From NCBI RefSeq assembly GCF_006345805.1, contig NC_042997.1, positions 77,314,001 through 77,378,000 on the forward strand: a stretch of DNA of 64,000 nt. Reading direction: 5' to 3'. Positions 35,322 to 47,529 of this stretch are shown one piece after another (position 1 is the stretch's first letter; each line of letters opens with the position of its first letter). A model generated the notes under the pieces. It saw only the letters and a list, made by a program, of their open reading frames with translations, was not told the origin of the DNA and ran no database searches. The translations under genes and the position numbers were made by a program. Origin of the DNA: Octopus sinensis (lineage: Eukaryota).

Positions 35322-35392
<71 letters not shown>

Positions 35393-35454
35393 ACACACAC
35401 ATGTATACATATATATGTGTGTGTGTATATATATATATATATCTATATATATAA

Positions 35455-35697
35455 TTCTTTTACTCTGTTACTTGTTTGAGTGTAACCGTGTTGGAGTACC
35501 GCCTTTTAGTTGAAGAAATCACCCCATGAACTTATTCTTTGTAAGCCTGGTGCTTATTCTATTGATATCTTCTGCTAAACTGCTAAGTTATGTGGACGTA
35601 AGCACACTAACATTGGTTTCTAAGCAATGGTTGTGGTGGTGGAACAAACACACACACACACACACATACATACATGCACACACACACATACATACAT

Positions 35698-35742
<45 letters not shown>

Positions 35743-35887
35743 GGAGAGACTTTCAGTTTCCATCAACCGAATCCACTGACATGGCATTGGTTAGCCGAAG
35801 GCTATAGTAGAAGACACTTGCCCAAGGTACCACGCAGTGGGACTGAACTGGGAAGCAAGCTTCCTAACACACAGCCACACCCGCACC
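35455..35887 (-). mobile_element. tRNA-derived SINE, near complete
   Basis: Same family as 54401-54764, with an internal (CA)n. Confidence 0.85.
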
Positions 35888-35913
35888 TATATATATATAT
35901 ATATATGTACATA

Positions 35914-36996
35914 CAAGGTTTGGACAAAATAATGGAAACACTTTAAAATTTCAAACAAATCTATTTTAATATGGGGTAGCACCGCCTTTGGCAGTAATTA
36001 CAGCATAAATTCTATGAGCTATGGACTCGTACAAAGTTTGAATTGTTTCCAAAGGAATTTTTGTCCATTCTTCACCTAAAATTATCTCCTGTTCTTTGTG
36101 AATTGGTGTATTATCATCCTGAAGATTATGTTTCCCTCCTGAAACAGTTCTGCAATCATAGGATGAATTTGATCAGATAAAATGCTTAAATAGTCTTGAC
36201 TTTTAAATTCTGCCATGAAGGGAAACCATTGGGCTGGCGGATTTCCAAGATATAGCCCCCCAGATCATCACAGATCCTCCTCCATGTTTAACAGTTGGAA
36301 GAAAGCAGTCTGGGTGAAATGCTGCTTTTGGCTGTCTCCACACGTATACTCGGCCAGTAGTCAGAAATAAGGTAAAGGATGACTTGTCCAGGAAAATAAC
36401 ATTCTTCCACTACTCTAAGGACCAATTCTGTAGGTTTTTACTCCACTCTAAACACTTTGCAACATTTGTTTTTGAAAGTGGTGGTTTTCTGATTGCAGCC
36501 CTCCCATAAAATCTGGCTTTGTGCAGCTCCCAATGAACAGTTTTTGTGGAAACTGGGTTCTTGAGGTGTTCATTAAGCTCTGCAGTAATTTTGGGGTCTG
36601 TACTTTTGTGAGTCTTTCTAACAATTCGCATAAGAGTCCGATGGTCCCTGTCTGAAAGTTTTGGTTTTCTTCTGAAGTTTTTTTTCGACAAGGAGGTTTT
36701 TCGCTCTTTCTCAAATGCTGTTATTACTTTCGAGACAGTACTTTTTAATACACCAAATATTTTGGCTGTTTTTGTTACGCAAGCACCTGCCATACAAGCA
36801 CCAACAATTTGACCTCTTTGGAAGTGCAATAGATCTGTCATTTTAATGAATTTTAATTACCTTTTTCTGATGATATCTGAAAAGAAACATCAATTTTTGC
36901 AAAACATATTAAGCAACACTAATAATAAATCAAACAACATAAAACAAGCTTTTGACAGTTTTATAGATATTTCAAAATTATGATGTCCAACCCCTG
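35914..36996 (-). mobile_element. Tc1-like transposon, internally deleted
   Basis: TIR CA(A/G)GG(T/G)TTGGACA with TA TSD; paired-like HTH (FQRGQIVGA...), GRAAIRKP, TVKHGGGSVMIWG, FQDDN; the third catalytic residue region is missing. Confidence 0.9.
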
Positions 36997-37029
36997 TATA
37001 TACATATACGTATCTATATATACATATAT

Positions 37030-38333
37030 GAGGAAACTAGGGATAGATGAATGGTTAGTGAGAGCTGTGCAAGCCATGTACAGGGATGCTGTCAGTAAGA
37101 TGAGGGTTGGTAACGAGTAGTGAAGAATTCCGGGTAGGGGTCCACCAAGGATCGCTCCTTAGCCCCCTCTTATTCATCATAGTCCTCCAGGCAATAACAG
37201 AGGAATTCAAGACAGGATGCCCCTGGGAGCTCCTCTATGCTGATGACCTTGCTCTAATTATTGAGTCACTATCAGAACTAGAAGAAAAGTTTCAGGCGTG
37301 GAAGCAAGAATTAGAATCAAAGGGCCTTAAAGTCAACTTAGCAAAAACCAAAGTCCCAATAAGTTGGAAGGCAGACAAACCACAAATCCCTTCAGGCAGA
37401 TGGCCCTGCTTGATCTGTAGAAAAGGCGTAGGTAGAAACTCCATAAGATGTACTCAGTATAAGCTATGGACACATAAGAGGTGCAGTAATATCATAGGAA
37501 GGCTAACTGGGAAGATAATTTTTGTATGTGGCACAGGTGCTATAAACACTGAAAATGTGCAGAGAACAACTTCTGCCACATTCCAGGGAGAAAAAGTAGG
37601 AGTAGTTGATAGCTTCCGTTACCTAGAGGACCAAGTCAGTAGCAGGGGTGGATGCTCTGAAAGTGTAGCTGCTAGAATAAGAATAGCCTGGGCAAAGTTC
37701 AGAGAGCTCCTACCTCTGCGGGTGACAAAGGGCCTCTCAAAGTAAAAGGTAAACTGTATGACATATGTGTACGAACAGCCATGCCACATGGCTGTGAAAC
37801 ATGGGCCATGACTGCTGAGGATATGCGTAAGCTTGCAAGGAATGAAACCATTATGCTCTGCTGGATATGTAACGTCAGTGTGCATACTCAACAGAGTGTA
37901 AGTACCTTGAGAGAAAAGTTGGATTTAAGAAGCATCAGATGTGGTGTGCTTGAGAGACGACTGTGCTGGTATGGTCATGTGTTGCAAATGAATGAGGACA
38001 GCTTTGTAAACAAGTCTCACGCCCTAGATGTTGTGGGAACCTGTAGAAGAGGTAGACCCAGGAAGACCTGGGATGAGAAGGTGAAGCATGACCTTTGAAC
38101 ATTGGGCCTTACCGAGGCAATGACTAGTGACCAAGACCTTTGGAGATATGCTGTGATTGAGAAGATCCAACAAACCAAGTGGGACCATAGCCTGTGGCTT
38201 ATGCCAGTGGGTGTAACCAGCCCACTTATGAGTACCCCTCATTCATTGGACAATAAACTTTGCTTGCAAAGACCTATTGAGGCAAATAAAGTCAAATCAA
38301 AATATATCATAGTGGCAGTAATAGAAATGGAAG

Positions 38334-38388
<55 letters not shown>

Positions 38389-38460
38389 AAGCACATCCGA
38401 CCATGATCATTGCCAGCGCCACGGATAGGCTTCTGTGCCAGTGGCACGTAAAAAGCATTA
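37030..38460 (+). mobile_element. 5'-truncated RTE LINE (PHD-insert family)
   Basis: ORF 37107-37745 (GVHQGSLLSPLLF, YADD, WPCLICRK...WTHKRC, RYLE) and ORF 37781-38098. Confidence 0.9.
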
Positions 38461-38740
38461 ATAGTGAAACCTATTAAAACTGAAAGTATTATCTCACATT
38501 ACAATAGAGATGTTATAGTTTCACTTTTGATACATAATACTGAAATAGTGTAAAAGATAAGAGATTACTCCAGACTCACATTGGGCAAGAAGTTGAAAAT
38601 CTGCATGGATCCTATGTAAGGTATGTGTTAAATTTGCATAAAATCAGTTGGGTAGTTCTTGAGTTTTAGTGATGCACACATACAGACACACACACACACA
38701 CAGACAGACACACATTCTCAGTTTTATTTTATATATTAAA
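38460..38740 (-). mobile_element. Helitron/HINE-type non-autonomous fragment
   Basis: Minus strand ATATATAAAATAAAACTGAGAATGTGTGTCTGTCTG...AACTACCCAACTGATTT; second copy at 41229-41473. Confidence 0.7.
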
Positions 38741-38784
38741 AAGCAAGTTGTCTGTCTGTGTTGTGTGAACTAGTTCTACTCCTA

Positions 38785-40344
38785 AATGTGCCTATATCAG
38801 ACACGCTGGACATCAACACCTCCCCTTTTACCATATTTGAACTAACAGCAGCCACCAAGCAACTAAAAGCCTCGAAAGCATTTGGTCCCGACAACATTCC
38901 AGCTGTGATTTGGAAGGATGATAGATTTCACACACTTTTGCTCAACCTCTGCAACCACACACTTTCCACCTTTGTCGCTCCAAAGATTTGGCACCAATCT
39001 CAAATCATTCCAATACCCAAAAAAGGCGATTTGTCCCTCGTCACCAACTACAGGGGCATATCTCTAATGTCAATTGCTGCAAAACTGTACAACAAACTGA
39101 TCCTAAATCGTCTTGTCCTTTTTGTTGAACCTTTGCTCCGAAAGAACCAAAATGGATTCAGACATGGGCGCTCAACGCTGAGCCAGATACTATGCCTGCG
39201 CAGACTTATTGAAGAATCAAAAGCATTTAATCGCGATCTTGCAATGGTATTTGTAGACTTTTCTAAAGCGTTCGATTCTGTAGATAGGTACAAGATGTTT
39301 GAAATCCTTAAGCTCTATGGGATACCAGACAAAATTATTTCTGCCATCAAGGTCCTCTACACAGATACGTCTTCAACCATCGTAACCCCTGATGGAGAAA
39401 CATCATCTTTCTCAATCGAAGCCGGAATACTGCAGGGAGACACACTCGCCCCATTTCTTTTCATCATTGTTGTTGATTATGTGCTACGTATGTCAGTTGA
39501 TACCATCTCTGGCAAGGGCTTTGAAATAAAACCAAGAAGAAGTTCCAGACACCCAGCTGAGTACTTGACAGACACTGACTTTGCTGACGACATCGCTTTT
39601 ATCAGTGATTCTCTCTCCAATGCCCAGTCTCTTTTACAATCTCTTGAACAAGCCTCAAATTGTGTAGGTCTTTACCTCAATGAGGCCAAAACTGAATACA
39701 TAAACAAGTGCCTGTCCAACAGTGATTGCATTATCCACACTCTCAACAGTGCGCCTTTAAATATGGTTTCTGATTATAAATATCTTGGGTCATACATATC
39801 ATCATCTGGAAAAGACTTTCTAACTAGAAAGGGTATGGCCTGGTCAGCCTGTAATGACATGCATAAGATCTGGTCATCAAATCTAAGTAGAGACTTCAAA
39901 CTTGAAATATTCAAAGCCACAGTCGAACCAATTCGACTATATGGCTCAGAAACCTGGACGTTATCAAAGAAGCTTGAGAGGCGGTTGGATGGAACCTACA
40001 CTCGCCTCCTTATGAGAGCTCAAAATCTCTTGTGGAGGCGCCATCCAACCAAAATGCAAATATATGGGAAATTACCACCTGTGTCATCTCTTGTGAAAGG
40101 TGAGAGAGTCCAGTTTGCTGGACATTGTTGTAGAGCTGAAAAAGAAGTAATTTCTACTCTTCTCCTCTGGAAGCCATCTACTCGCAACACCAGAGGGCGC
40201 ACACTCTCCTACCCTGATGTAATCTCCAGGGATACAGGCATCCAGCAACAGGACCTCCGTAATGCTATGATGGACCGTGAAGTCTGGCGTAACATAGTAA
40301 ATTCCATTGTCTCGACCACGGTCGAACAATGATGATGATGATGA
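38785..40344 (+). mobile_element. Young 5'-truncated RTE/RTE-X-type LINE with an uninterrupted RT frame
   Basis: Exact 10-bp TSD TCTACTCCTA (38775-84 and 40345-54); open frame to TGA at 40330-32 with NYRGISL, FVDFSKAFD, GILQGDTLAPFLF, FADD, YKYLG; (TGA)n tail. Clade assignment is tentative. Confidence 0.93.
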
Positions 40345-40950
40345 TCTACTCCTATAATTTTCAACAAAATTTGACGTGTGCTCTCTTTGACTTAGTACAT
40401 GTTTTCTTATAATTTTTCCTCGAAATTCTGCGCCTCCCCAACATAATAGACTGCTCTCAATTCACCTAGGATTTGAATCCACTATGACTATGCAATAGTA
40501 ATGCATACAATTTTCAGCGCTTCTTTAGAAGTGCACCTCTCCAAGAAAATGATGCCTAATTTCTAAAAAATTATGGAAATGGGAAATATATCCAAAATAA
40601 ATTAAGTATGCAAAAAATTACAAAAATTTATCTATTTTCAAATATATAATACTAAAAAATAAAACATGGAAAACGCACACTCATGAATATAAACAAACAT
40701 GTCGGCCGATACAAGGGGCAGTAACTTGTATCAGAGGGGTCTGACAATAACGTTTGCAAATTCTTGATTGTTTTTAATCAGATTTTTTACTGCACACACT
40801 GGTAAGGTTTAGTGTAGCATGCGCTGCTACCACATAAAAGCTATTCGGAATTACTTGTTCAGTGGTAGCAGGACGTGCTAGAAGTACCAGCCAAATCGGT
40901 TAATGTTTACAAATACACCTGCACTCAACCCCCACCACTTTTCTTTCTTT

Positions 40951-40983
<33 letters not shown>

Positions 40984-40987
40984 ATAC

Positions 40988-41205
40988 ATTATAGCCTCTG
41001 GCCCACCAAAGCCTTGTGAGTGGGTTTCGTACATGGAAACTGAAAGAACAGTCATATATATGTGTGTATTAGTGTGTGTGTGTGTGTTTGTAATCACACC
41101 ATGCTTTACAACTGATGTTGGTGTGTCTACATACCTATAACTTAGCGGTTTGCAAAAGACACTGACAGAATAATTAGAAGGCGATGCTCCAACATGGCGG
41201 TCGTC
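40988..41205 (+). mobile_element. tRNA-derived SINE fragment
   Basis: TATAGCCTCTGGCCCACCAAAGCCTTGTGAGTGG...GGCGATGCTCCAACATGG. Confidence 0.75.
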
Positions 41206-41473
41206 ACAAGGCTGTGTATCTCTGCTAGTATATATAAATAGAGATGTTATTGTTTCACTTTTGACACATAATACTGAATGAAATAGTGTAAGAAATAAGA
41301 GATTGCTCCAGGCTTGCATTAAGCAAGAAGTTGAAAATTATTTTTTGGCCCATGACACTACATGGACCCTAAGTAAGACATGTGTAAAATTTGAATGAAA
41401 TCGGTTGGGTAGTTCTCAAGTTTTAATGATGCACACATACAGACACACATTCTCAGTTATATATATATATAGA
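41205..41473 (-). mobile_element. Helitron/HINE-type fragment abutting a Helitron 3' terminus
   Basis: Homologous to 38460-38740; GTATCTCTGCTAG|T end at 41216-41228. Confidence 0.7.
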
Positions 41474-41549
41474 TTTATTTTATCAACCCTAGATGGGGGC
41501 AAAAGGCAAAATATGTATGCAATGCACACATGCATGCATGCACACTCAC

Positions 41550-42200
41550 ACACACATCAGTAGCATTTAGCATTTTCTATGCTTACATGGGTTGGACATC
41601 TTGTTGAGGATCTAATGAGCCACAGGGCTGTGTTGAGCTCCAATGTCAACTTTGGCATAGTTTCTATGTTTTGATGTCCTTCCTAACAGCAACTGCTTTA
41701 TAGAGTACTTTTTTTTTGTGGTATTAGTGAGATCATCAAGTAGCTTGCAAGAAATGAAAAGAACAGGAAAAAGCTCTTTTACTCAAGTGGGGTGGGGAGT
41801 ATGTGAAACAGGGAGGTGGCTTTATGCCAAGTGCTGAGAGGCTAAACTGTGATTGAGAGATAGGCACAGGTATCTATGTCATCATTATATATCTGACTTC
41901 CATCCGGGCATGGATCAGATGACTCAATATCTGCTTTGGCATGGTTTCTATAGCTGGAGACCCTTCCTGTAACCAACCACTTTATAGTATGTACTGGTCA
42001 GTTGTAGTGAGGTCAGTACTAAATCAGTACTAGTAAGGTCAACTTGCAATGTCTATGGCCCTTTTAACTGATGGAGAGATGAAGAGAAAGATTACAATGA
42101 TTCTAGACAAGTAATGAGAGGAACAAATTTAGATTTGTGAAAGGGTAGTGGAGAGAGTAAGAGTTGACATTGTTGGAGAAAAAAGTATGGAAGGGAGACA
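41550..42200 (-). mobile_element. Two old RTE-tail-like repeats, each followed by a purine-rich tract
   Basis: Two TTTGGCAT(A/G)GTTTCTAT...CCTTCCT...CAAC cores at ~41650 and ~41935. Confidence 0.55.
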
Positions 42201-42744
42201 CATACATACCTAGGGGGTTTCAGAGTACCAAATTTCACTTACAAAGCATAAGTCAAACTGAGGCTGTGGAAGCAGACACTAGTTCAAGGGACCAGGTAAT
42301 AGGATTGAACTAATCAGAATATGGTTGCAAACAACCAGCTTGTCTTAAAGGCATGAACATCGTGGTATGGACATTTATATGTTTGTTTATTTACATGTTT
42401 AAACTATTGTATTTTGTACCTGCACTTCATACTCCTATGATATTCCTATTCATATCACTGCCCATCCTACCAGCCATTACACACACTACTTTTGTAAATC
42501 ACTCCTTTATTAACACCTTTTCTAACCATAGTTCTTTCTCCTTAAGCACAATTTTCAAACATCTAATATTGCCAGTGTTTTTCTAAGCTTTTAAAAAGTC
42601 CTCATTCTAACAATAGACTTTGCTTCAAATATCAGAATTCTTATTTCCCTAAGGCATAAACTTTATTACATGTGTGTGTGTGTGTGTAAGAATATATATG
42701 GTAGAAAGTAATCATAAAGTTTTGGCTTTTCTCTTTGTCAAAAG

Positions 42745-42806
42745 ATTGATCCCAGAGCTTCTTCTCCTCAGAAAGGAAATGATTTTATTAATCACAATAT
42801 ACCCAA
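42745..42806 (+). CDS. NUP188: NUP188 coding exon (short linker)
   Basis: caaaag|ATT...AA|gtaagt; IDPRASSPQKGNDFINHNIP; supplies exactly the phase 0 to 2 change needed between its neighbours. Confidence 0.78.
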
Positions 42807-42931
42807 GTAAGTAACTAATATATACAAACATTCATCAATAGTTTCATTTGCATGAGATTAATATTTTTAGAAAACTGCAAGTATTTAAGTGAAGTATAAT
42901 TAATTAAATCAACTCCAATATAGACCATCCC

Positions 42932-42972
<41 letters not shown>

Positions 42973-42973
<1 letters not shown>

Positions 42974-44039
42974 TATGTTTGACTTTTGCTTTACATTTGC
43001 ACAAGCTGGCTCCAAGTCTCACCCAGAGACCTCAAGAGACAAGTTGGAAGTTCATGTTGGTGTTATGCCTCGGGTGCCATATATTTGGTTTTGTACTAGT
43101 GAATGTCTAAAAAAAACATACGAAAATTATGTTTGTTTTAAAACTTGAGATTACATAGAAAGTATTTTGCGTAGGATATGAGCAGTTCCCATGAGCACTA
43201 TCTTTTGAATTTCTGCCATTTTGGGGTTTCCTGGTATCTGAGTTAGGTAGCAATCATTCCCGGAGCACCTATGACAACAGGTATTGTTTTAGTCTTCAGG
43301 TTCCACATTTTGCCGATTTCTATTTCAAGATCTTTATATTTGCTCAGTTTCTGCTAGGTCTTGACAGATACGTTTATATCGATTGGGACAGTTATATCAA
43401 TGAGGAGGCATGTTTTTTGTTTGAAGTCTTTTAATATGATGTGTGGCCTATTCGCATCTATCTTTCTGTCAGTTTGAATGGTGAAGTTCCAGAGGAGTGA
43501 GATGTGGTCATTTTCAAGCACTGGAGGTGGTTTGTGTTCCCACCAGTTTTTATCTTTGGGCAAGTCCAGGCTTTTGCAAATTACCCAGTGAATATATTGT
43601 GCAGCTCTATCATGCCTGTTGAGATACTCTGTAGGCGCAAGAAGACTGCACTTGGAGACATGATCAATGGTTTCATTTTGCTGTTGACATACATGACATG
43701 TTGGGCTACTGCTGTTCTTTAATATGTTGGCCTGGTAGTTCCGTGTAGGTAGGCATTGATCTTGAGCTGCTATGATAAACCCTTCTGTTTCAGATTTTAA
43801 GCCAGAATCCATTAGCCATTGATGGGTCAGGGCTTTGTCAACATCTGCATTATTTGCTCTCTTTGGGTATTTGCCATTGAGAGGTTTTTCTTGCCATTTA
43901 TCATTCAGAATATCTAAGGCAGCAGTTTTAGCAAGGGTTTTCATGCACTTAGTTTTTTCTGTGCTTGTTTCTTGTATGTCTAATTCCGAAATTTGTTGTA
44001 TTCGGAATTCACTTAGATATTCCTTTGCCTGTATTTTTT
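42973..44039 (-). mobile_element. 5'-truncated R4/Dong-clade LINE (restriction-like endonuclease) in (TAA)n
   Basis: ORF 43354-44136: WL..SGLKSETEGFIIAAQDQ, CHVC...ETIDH...C knuckle, RHD, D..I.ANRP.I...D...K endonuclease; (TTA)n on both flanks. Confidence 0.9.
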
Positions 44040-44551
44040 TATTATTATTATTAACATCTGGGGATGAAAAAGAAAGCTGCCAGCAGCAGAATTTAGGCTG
44101 AGAAATGTTACAAGTGTAGAACGCACAGTTTATCATTTCCTCTATACAACTTCCTTCATTAGTTTTATATCTTCAGTCTGGATGATAGCCATAGTACAGT
44201 TTATATGGAAGTTAGTCAAAGTGTAAGGCATTAACAACTGTGGCCACCAAAAAGGAAACACTAACTTCTTGCCTAGATTATAGCTGCTCCAAAGAAATAC
44301 ATTATTGGAGATCATGTACAGTGTATTTTATATAATACACATTGTATAAGACGCTTAAATACCATTAGATCTTCTGTAAAGAGAAAAACTGAATGGATTT
44401 CTGTATCTTGGTATTCCTTTATAACAATAGCACAGGTGTTAATTGCATAAAGGCAGTACGAGCTAGAATCATGTTCTTCTTTACTATGCTAAGTTTCACC
44501 AGTTGTAGAAAAAGTGTCTCTGGTATGCAAATTCATCTCTTATAAATGTCC

Positions 44552-44693
44552 ATTTTTACTTGTAGGCATACATCCAGATTAGGTACATGATAAGTTATAG
44601 TGAACAATGAAATAAATACTTGCAGGTATTTATTTTATTGTTCACTACAATTTATCATATACCTAATCTGAGTGTATCCTTACATGTAAAAAT
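44552..44693. repeat. ~142-bp near-perfect palindrome
   Basis: ~70-bp arms centred on TGCA (44621-24); about 10 non-Watson-Crick positions by hand alignment. Confidence 0.9.
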
Positions 44694-45248
44694 ATCCAAA
44701 GTATCTGTGGTCTCTACTGATGGAGTTAGATCTCATTTGATCAATGAAAGTTCATGGCAGTTGTTTCAGATACAATAGGACTGAACTAAGCAGAATATGG
44801 TTGCAAACAACTAGCTTGTCTTAAAGGCATGAACATTGTGATATGGACATTTATATGATTGTTTACATGTTTAAATTCAATTTATTTTTAATTTCAGCAT
44901 AGTATTATTTAAATGACTATATTTATGAATGGGCTGCATAAAACTCATTAAAATTATCTTCATGGCTCATGATTTTCATTGAACATAATGTAATTACTAG
45001 ATTTAAAACATTTAAAAAATTAACCCAAGAAAGTTTTCAACTAACCTGTTATAGCTATTCCTAGTTTATGAGGAATTCAATATTAGAAAAATAAAGCATA
45101 AAAAATTTTGTTCCTAAATTGGAACAATCTCTTAGTCATATTTCAGCCTGTGTACCTATACTATTTGTTCTCACAAAATTTCTTTATCCTAACAGCTCTG
45201 TACAAAAGCTATGACGAATTACATATTAATGTATGTTTTGTTTTACAG

Positions 45249-45378
45249 ACATTTGGTACTGTTTGTTCTAGAAAATTCTTTATTGTTGATTATGTCCCAA
45301 GCTTGTCGATACCTAAAGGAGCCAACTCTTTCTGCTAGAGACAAACAACTTCTTAAAAGGGAGCTTGGAGCTGACCTT
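45249..45378 (+). CDS. NUP188: NUP188 penultimate coding exon
   Basis: ttacag|A...CTT|gtaagt; HLVLFVLENSLLLIMSQACRYLKEPTLSARDKQLLKRELGADL, similar to LLMFTMENCFYLLISQAMRYLRDPAVHPRDKQRMKQELSSEL. Confidence 0.95.
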
Positions 45379-45746
45379 GTAAGTAAAAATGGAAAAGATT
45401 TCATAATTTCTGACTTTCTAAACATTTTTACAGAAATATAATAATTAAATCCATTGTTGGTCAAGCTATAATTGAAATGTTTTACTTTGCTAGATACTAC
45501 ACTTTGGAAAATCACTGAATCAAGTTTATAGGTTATTTAGAGAATTTAAATAAACTGAACCTGTGAATGCTATTGTTATGTAACCTGGTGTTAGGCAATC
45601 TATTCTGATTAATAGAAGGTGCTGGGGTGTTAACATATTTGATTTCTAGTCAGTATGTACATCTTCAAGTGCAAGGTTCAAAACTTCAAGATGTTATTGT
45701 ATTATTGCTTACTACATCAATTGCTAAGCATCAGTTGCATCTTCAG

Positions 45747-45784
<38 letters not shown>

Positions 45785-45788
<4 letters not shown>

Positions 45789-47000
45789 TGGCTTATGTAG
45801 ATTTTATCTGAATGGGTAGTCCATCCAAGCTTCAATAGCATAGCTGCAATACCTGATGGAGCTATAGCAAGTACTATTCAGACATCAGGCCACCTTCATT
45901 GTTGTCAATTTTACTTTTGATTGACTCAAAAACAATCTGTTTGTTGTTGAACATATTTCTGTGGTCATTGTAATAAACTTCAGCTGAAGGATCTAGTTCA
46001 TCTAGGTTAACAGGCACATTTTGTTGCTGGTGGCCTGCAGCTGACAAACATTAATTATATGTTGAATGCTCATATTGAATCAACTGGTTGTCTAGTATAC
46101 ACAGGGTGTCATTGGCAGCTTCTCTTGCATTTTCAGTGTTGTAGAAAATCATCAATAAGGTTGTTGCAATACATGTATAAATTTAGAGGCTAAAGCAGGG
46201 AGCAGGAATGAAGAATTGTAAGAAATAAAATTGCAATAAAAGATGTATCTCCCTTTTGGATCTTCTGCATTTTTATCAAAATAAGCCATTTGTTTCATTG
46301 ATTGAGCATTTTCTACGTTTAGATAAAGATTATGTGATGATTGAATCTAAAGACATTTCTACTGATTAAGCAATTCAAGTTTCCAATTTGATTCAGATGA
46401 TCCCTGTAATTTTCATATTAAATGATCTTATACTGATTTGCATCACTGATCTCAAGAGAAACTCATTCTTGTTCTCTTTCCAGTGAGTTTGAATATAGAT
46501 ATTTCACAGCTTTAGCAGATGCACTTCAGTCAACATATGAGCTTCATTGTACCAATTAACAACTTTTATGTCCCCGTTTCAAACTCATAGCTTCCTTCAA
46601 TAGGACATCACCAACAATATAGTAGATAACCGTCACCACTACATAATGTTTGTGAATGAAACTCAGAGGAATAATTCTTGTTGCAACATCCATTTAATAA
46701 GCAAGATGAAGTTGCATTCTGTTTTCATAAAGACTAACTGCACTTGCATTATTTGGATTGGGTAGCTCAGTAGAGGCACTTTTGTTGATTTTTTGCTATA
46801 AGTTGTGTTATTTTCTACTATAAAAAGAAAATGGGAGTGAGGAAAACCTCTCTTCTGGAATTCAATTGTACTCACACTGATTTGTAGAGGTTACTGTTAC
46901 TTTAGTTTGAAAACTTGTATAGTTACATCAAAGTGATCTGCACTCAATTCTCTAATAATTTCTTGTCACTTTGGATGGTGTGAGTAAAGTACAATTTTTT
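45785..47000 (-). mobile_element. Decayed autonomous Helitron Rep/Helicase fragments
   Basis: TIEFQKRGFPHSHFL (Rep HUH motif) in ORF 46663-46875; IVLAIAPSGIAAMLL...HS (PIF1-like) near 45815-45880. Confidence 0.8.
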
Positions 47001-47236
47001 AGGACACTCTCTGTGTTTGACATGGTTTGAAGGGCAAAGTAGCAATTGTTGTAACTATGATTCAGTTTTGTTTTGATGAGACTGTCTAGAGAAATAGTAC
47101 TTAAAAGTTTGTAGTATTTGGAATGACCAATGTAGTAATAATTGAGTCTTCAGCATATTTTTGACTAATAATACAAAGATTAAGTAAACAACATTAAATG
47201 TTAAGACTGAAAAATTGTAAACTTTTTTTTTTGCAG

Positions 47237-47455
47237 AATACATTTTTGCAATCAATGCATCGGCATATTCGTAAAGGAGGCACAACTCCAGTCTCTCCAT
47301 GTGGAAGTCAACCTCAACAGCAGCAGCCAGTTTCCAATACTTCTCCTACTGGTCTATCAATTGGACGCAGCACAAGTCAAACAGGTTTTTCATCAAATCC
47401 AGAACAAGCTTTTTACAAATTAGTAAGTGAATTTGTAACAAAAGTATTACGATAA
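47237..47455 (+). CDS. NUP188: NUP188 terminal coding exon
   Basis: ttgcag|AAT...TAA; NTFLQSMHRHIRKGG...PEQAFYKLVSEFVTKVLR*, similar to the human C-terminus ...QEPLIQLVQAFVRHMQR. Confidence 0.93.
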   Translation, partial: NTFLQSMHRHIRKGGTTPVSPCGSQPQQQQPVSNTSPTGLSIGRSTSQTGFSSNPEQAFYKLVSEFVTKVLR

Positions 47456-47529
47456 CAGAAAAAAAATTTTGTAAGAACTTTTATAACAAAAAAAAAACAA
47501 AAAAAACAAATTGATGTATTTTGAAATTC

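Noticed and set aside
38758-40332. 524-aa ORF as a host protein-coding gene
   Set aside because: It is a LINE RT frame bounded by a TSD and tail; the predicted start lies in flanking repeat sequence outside the insertion.
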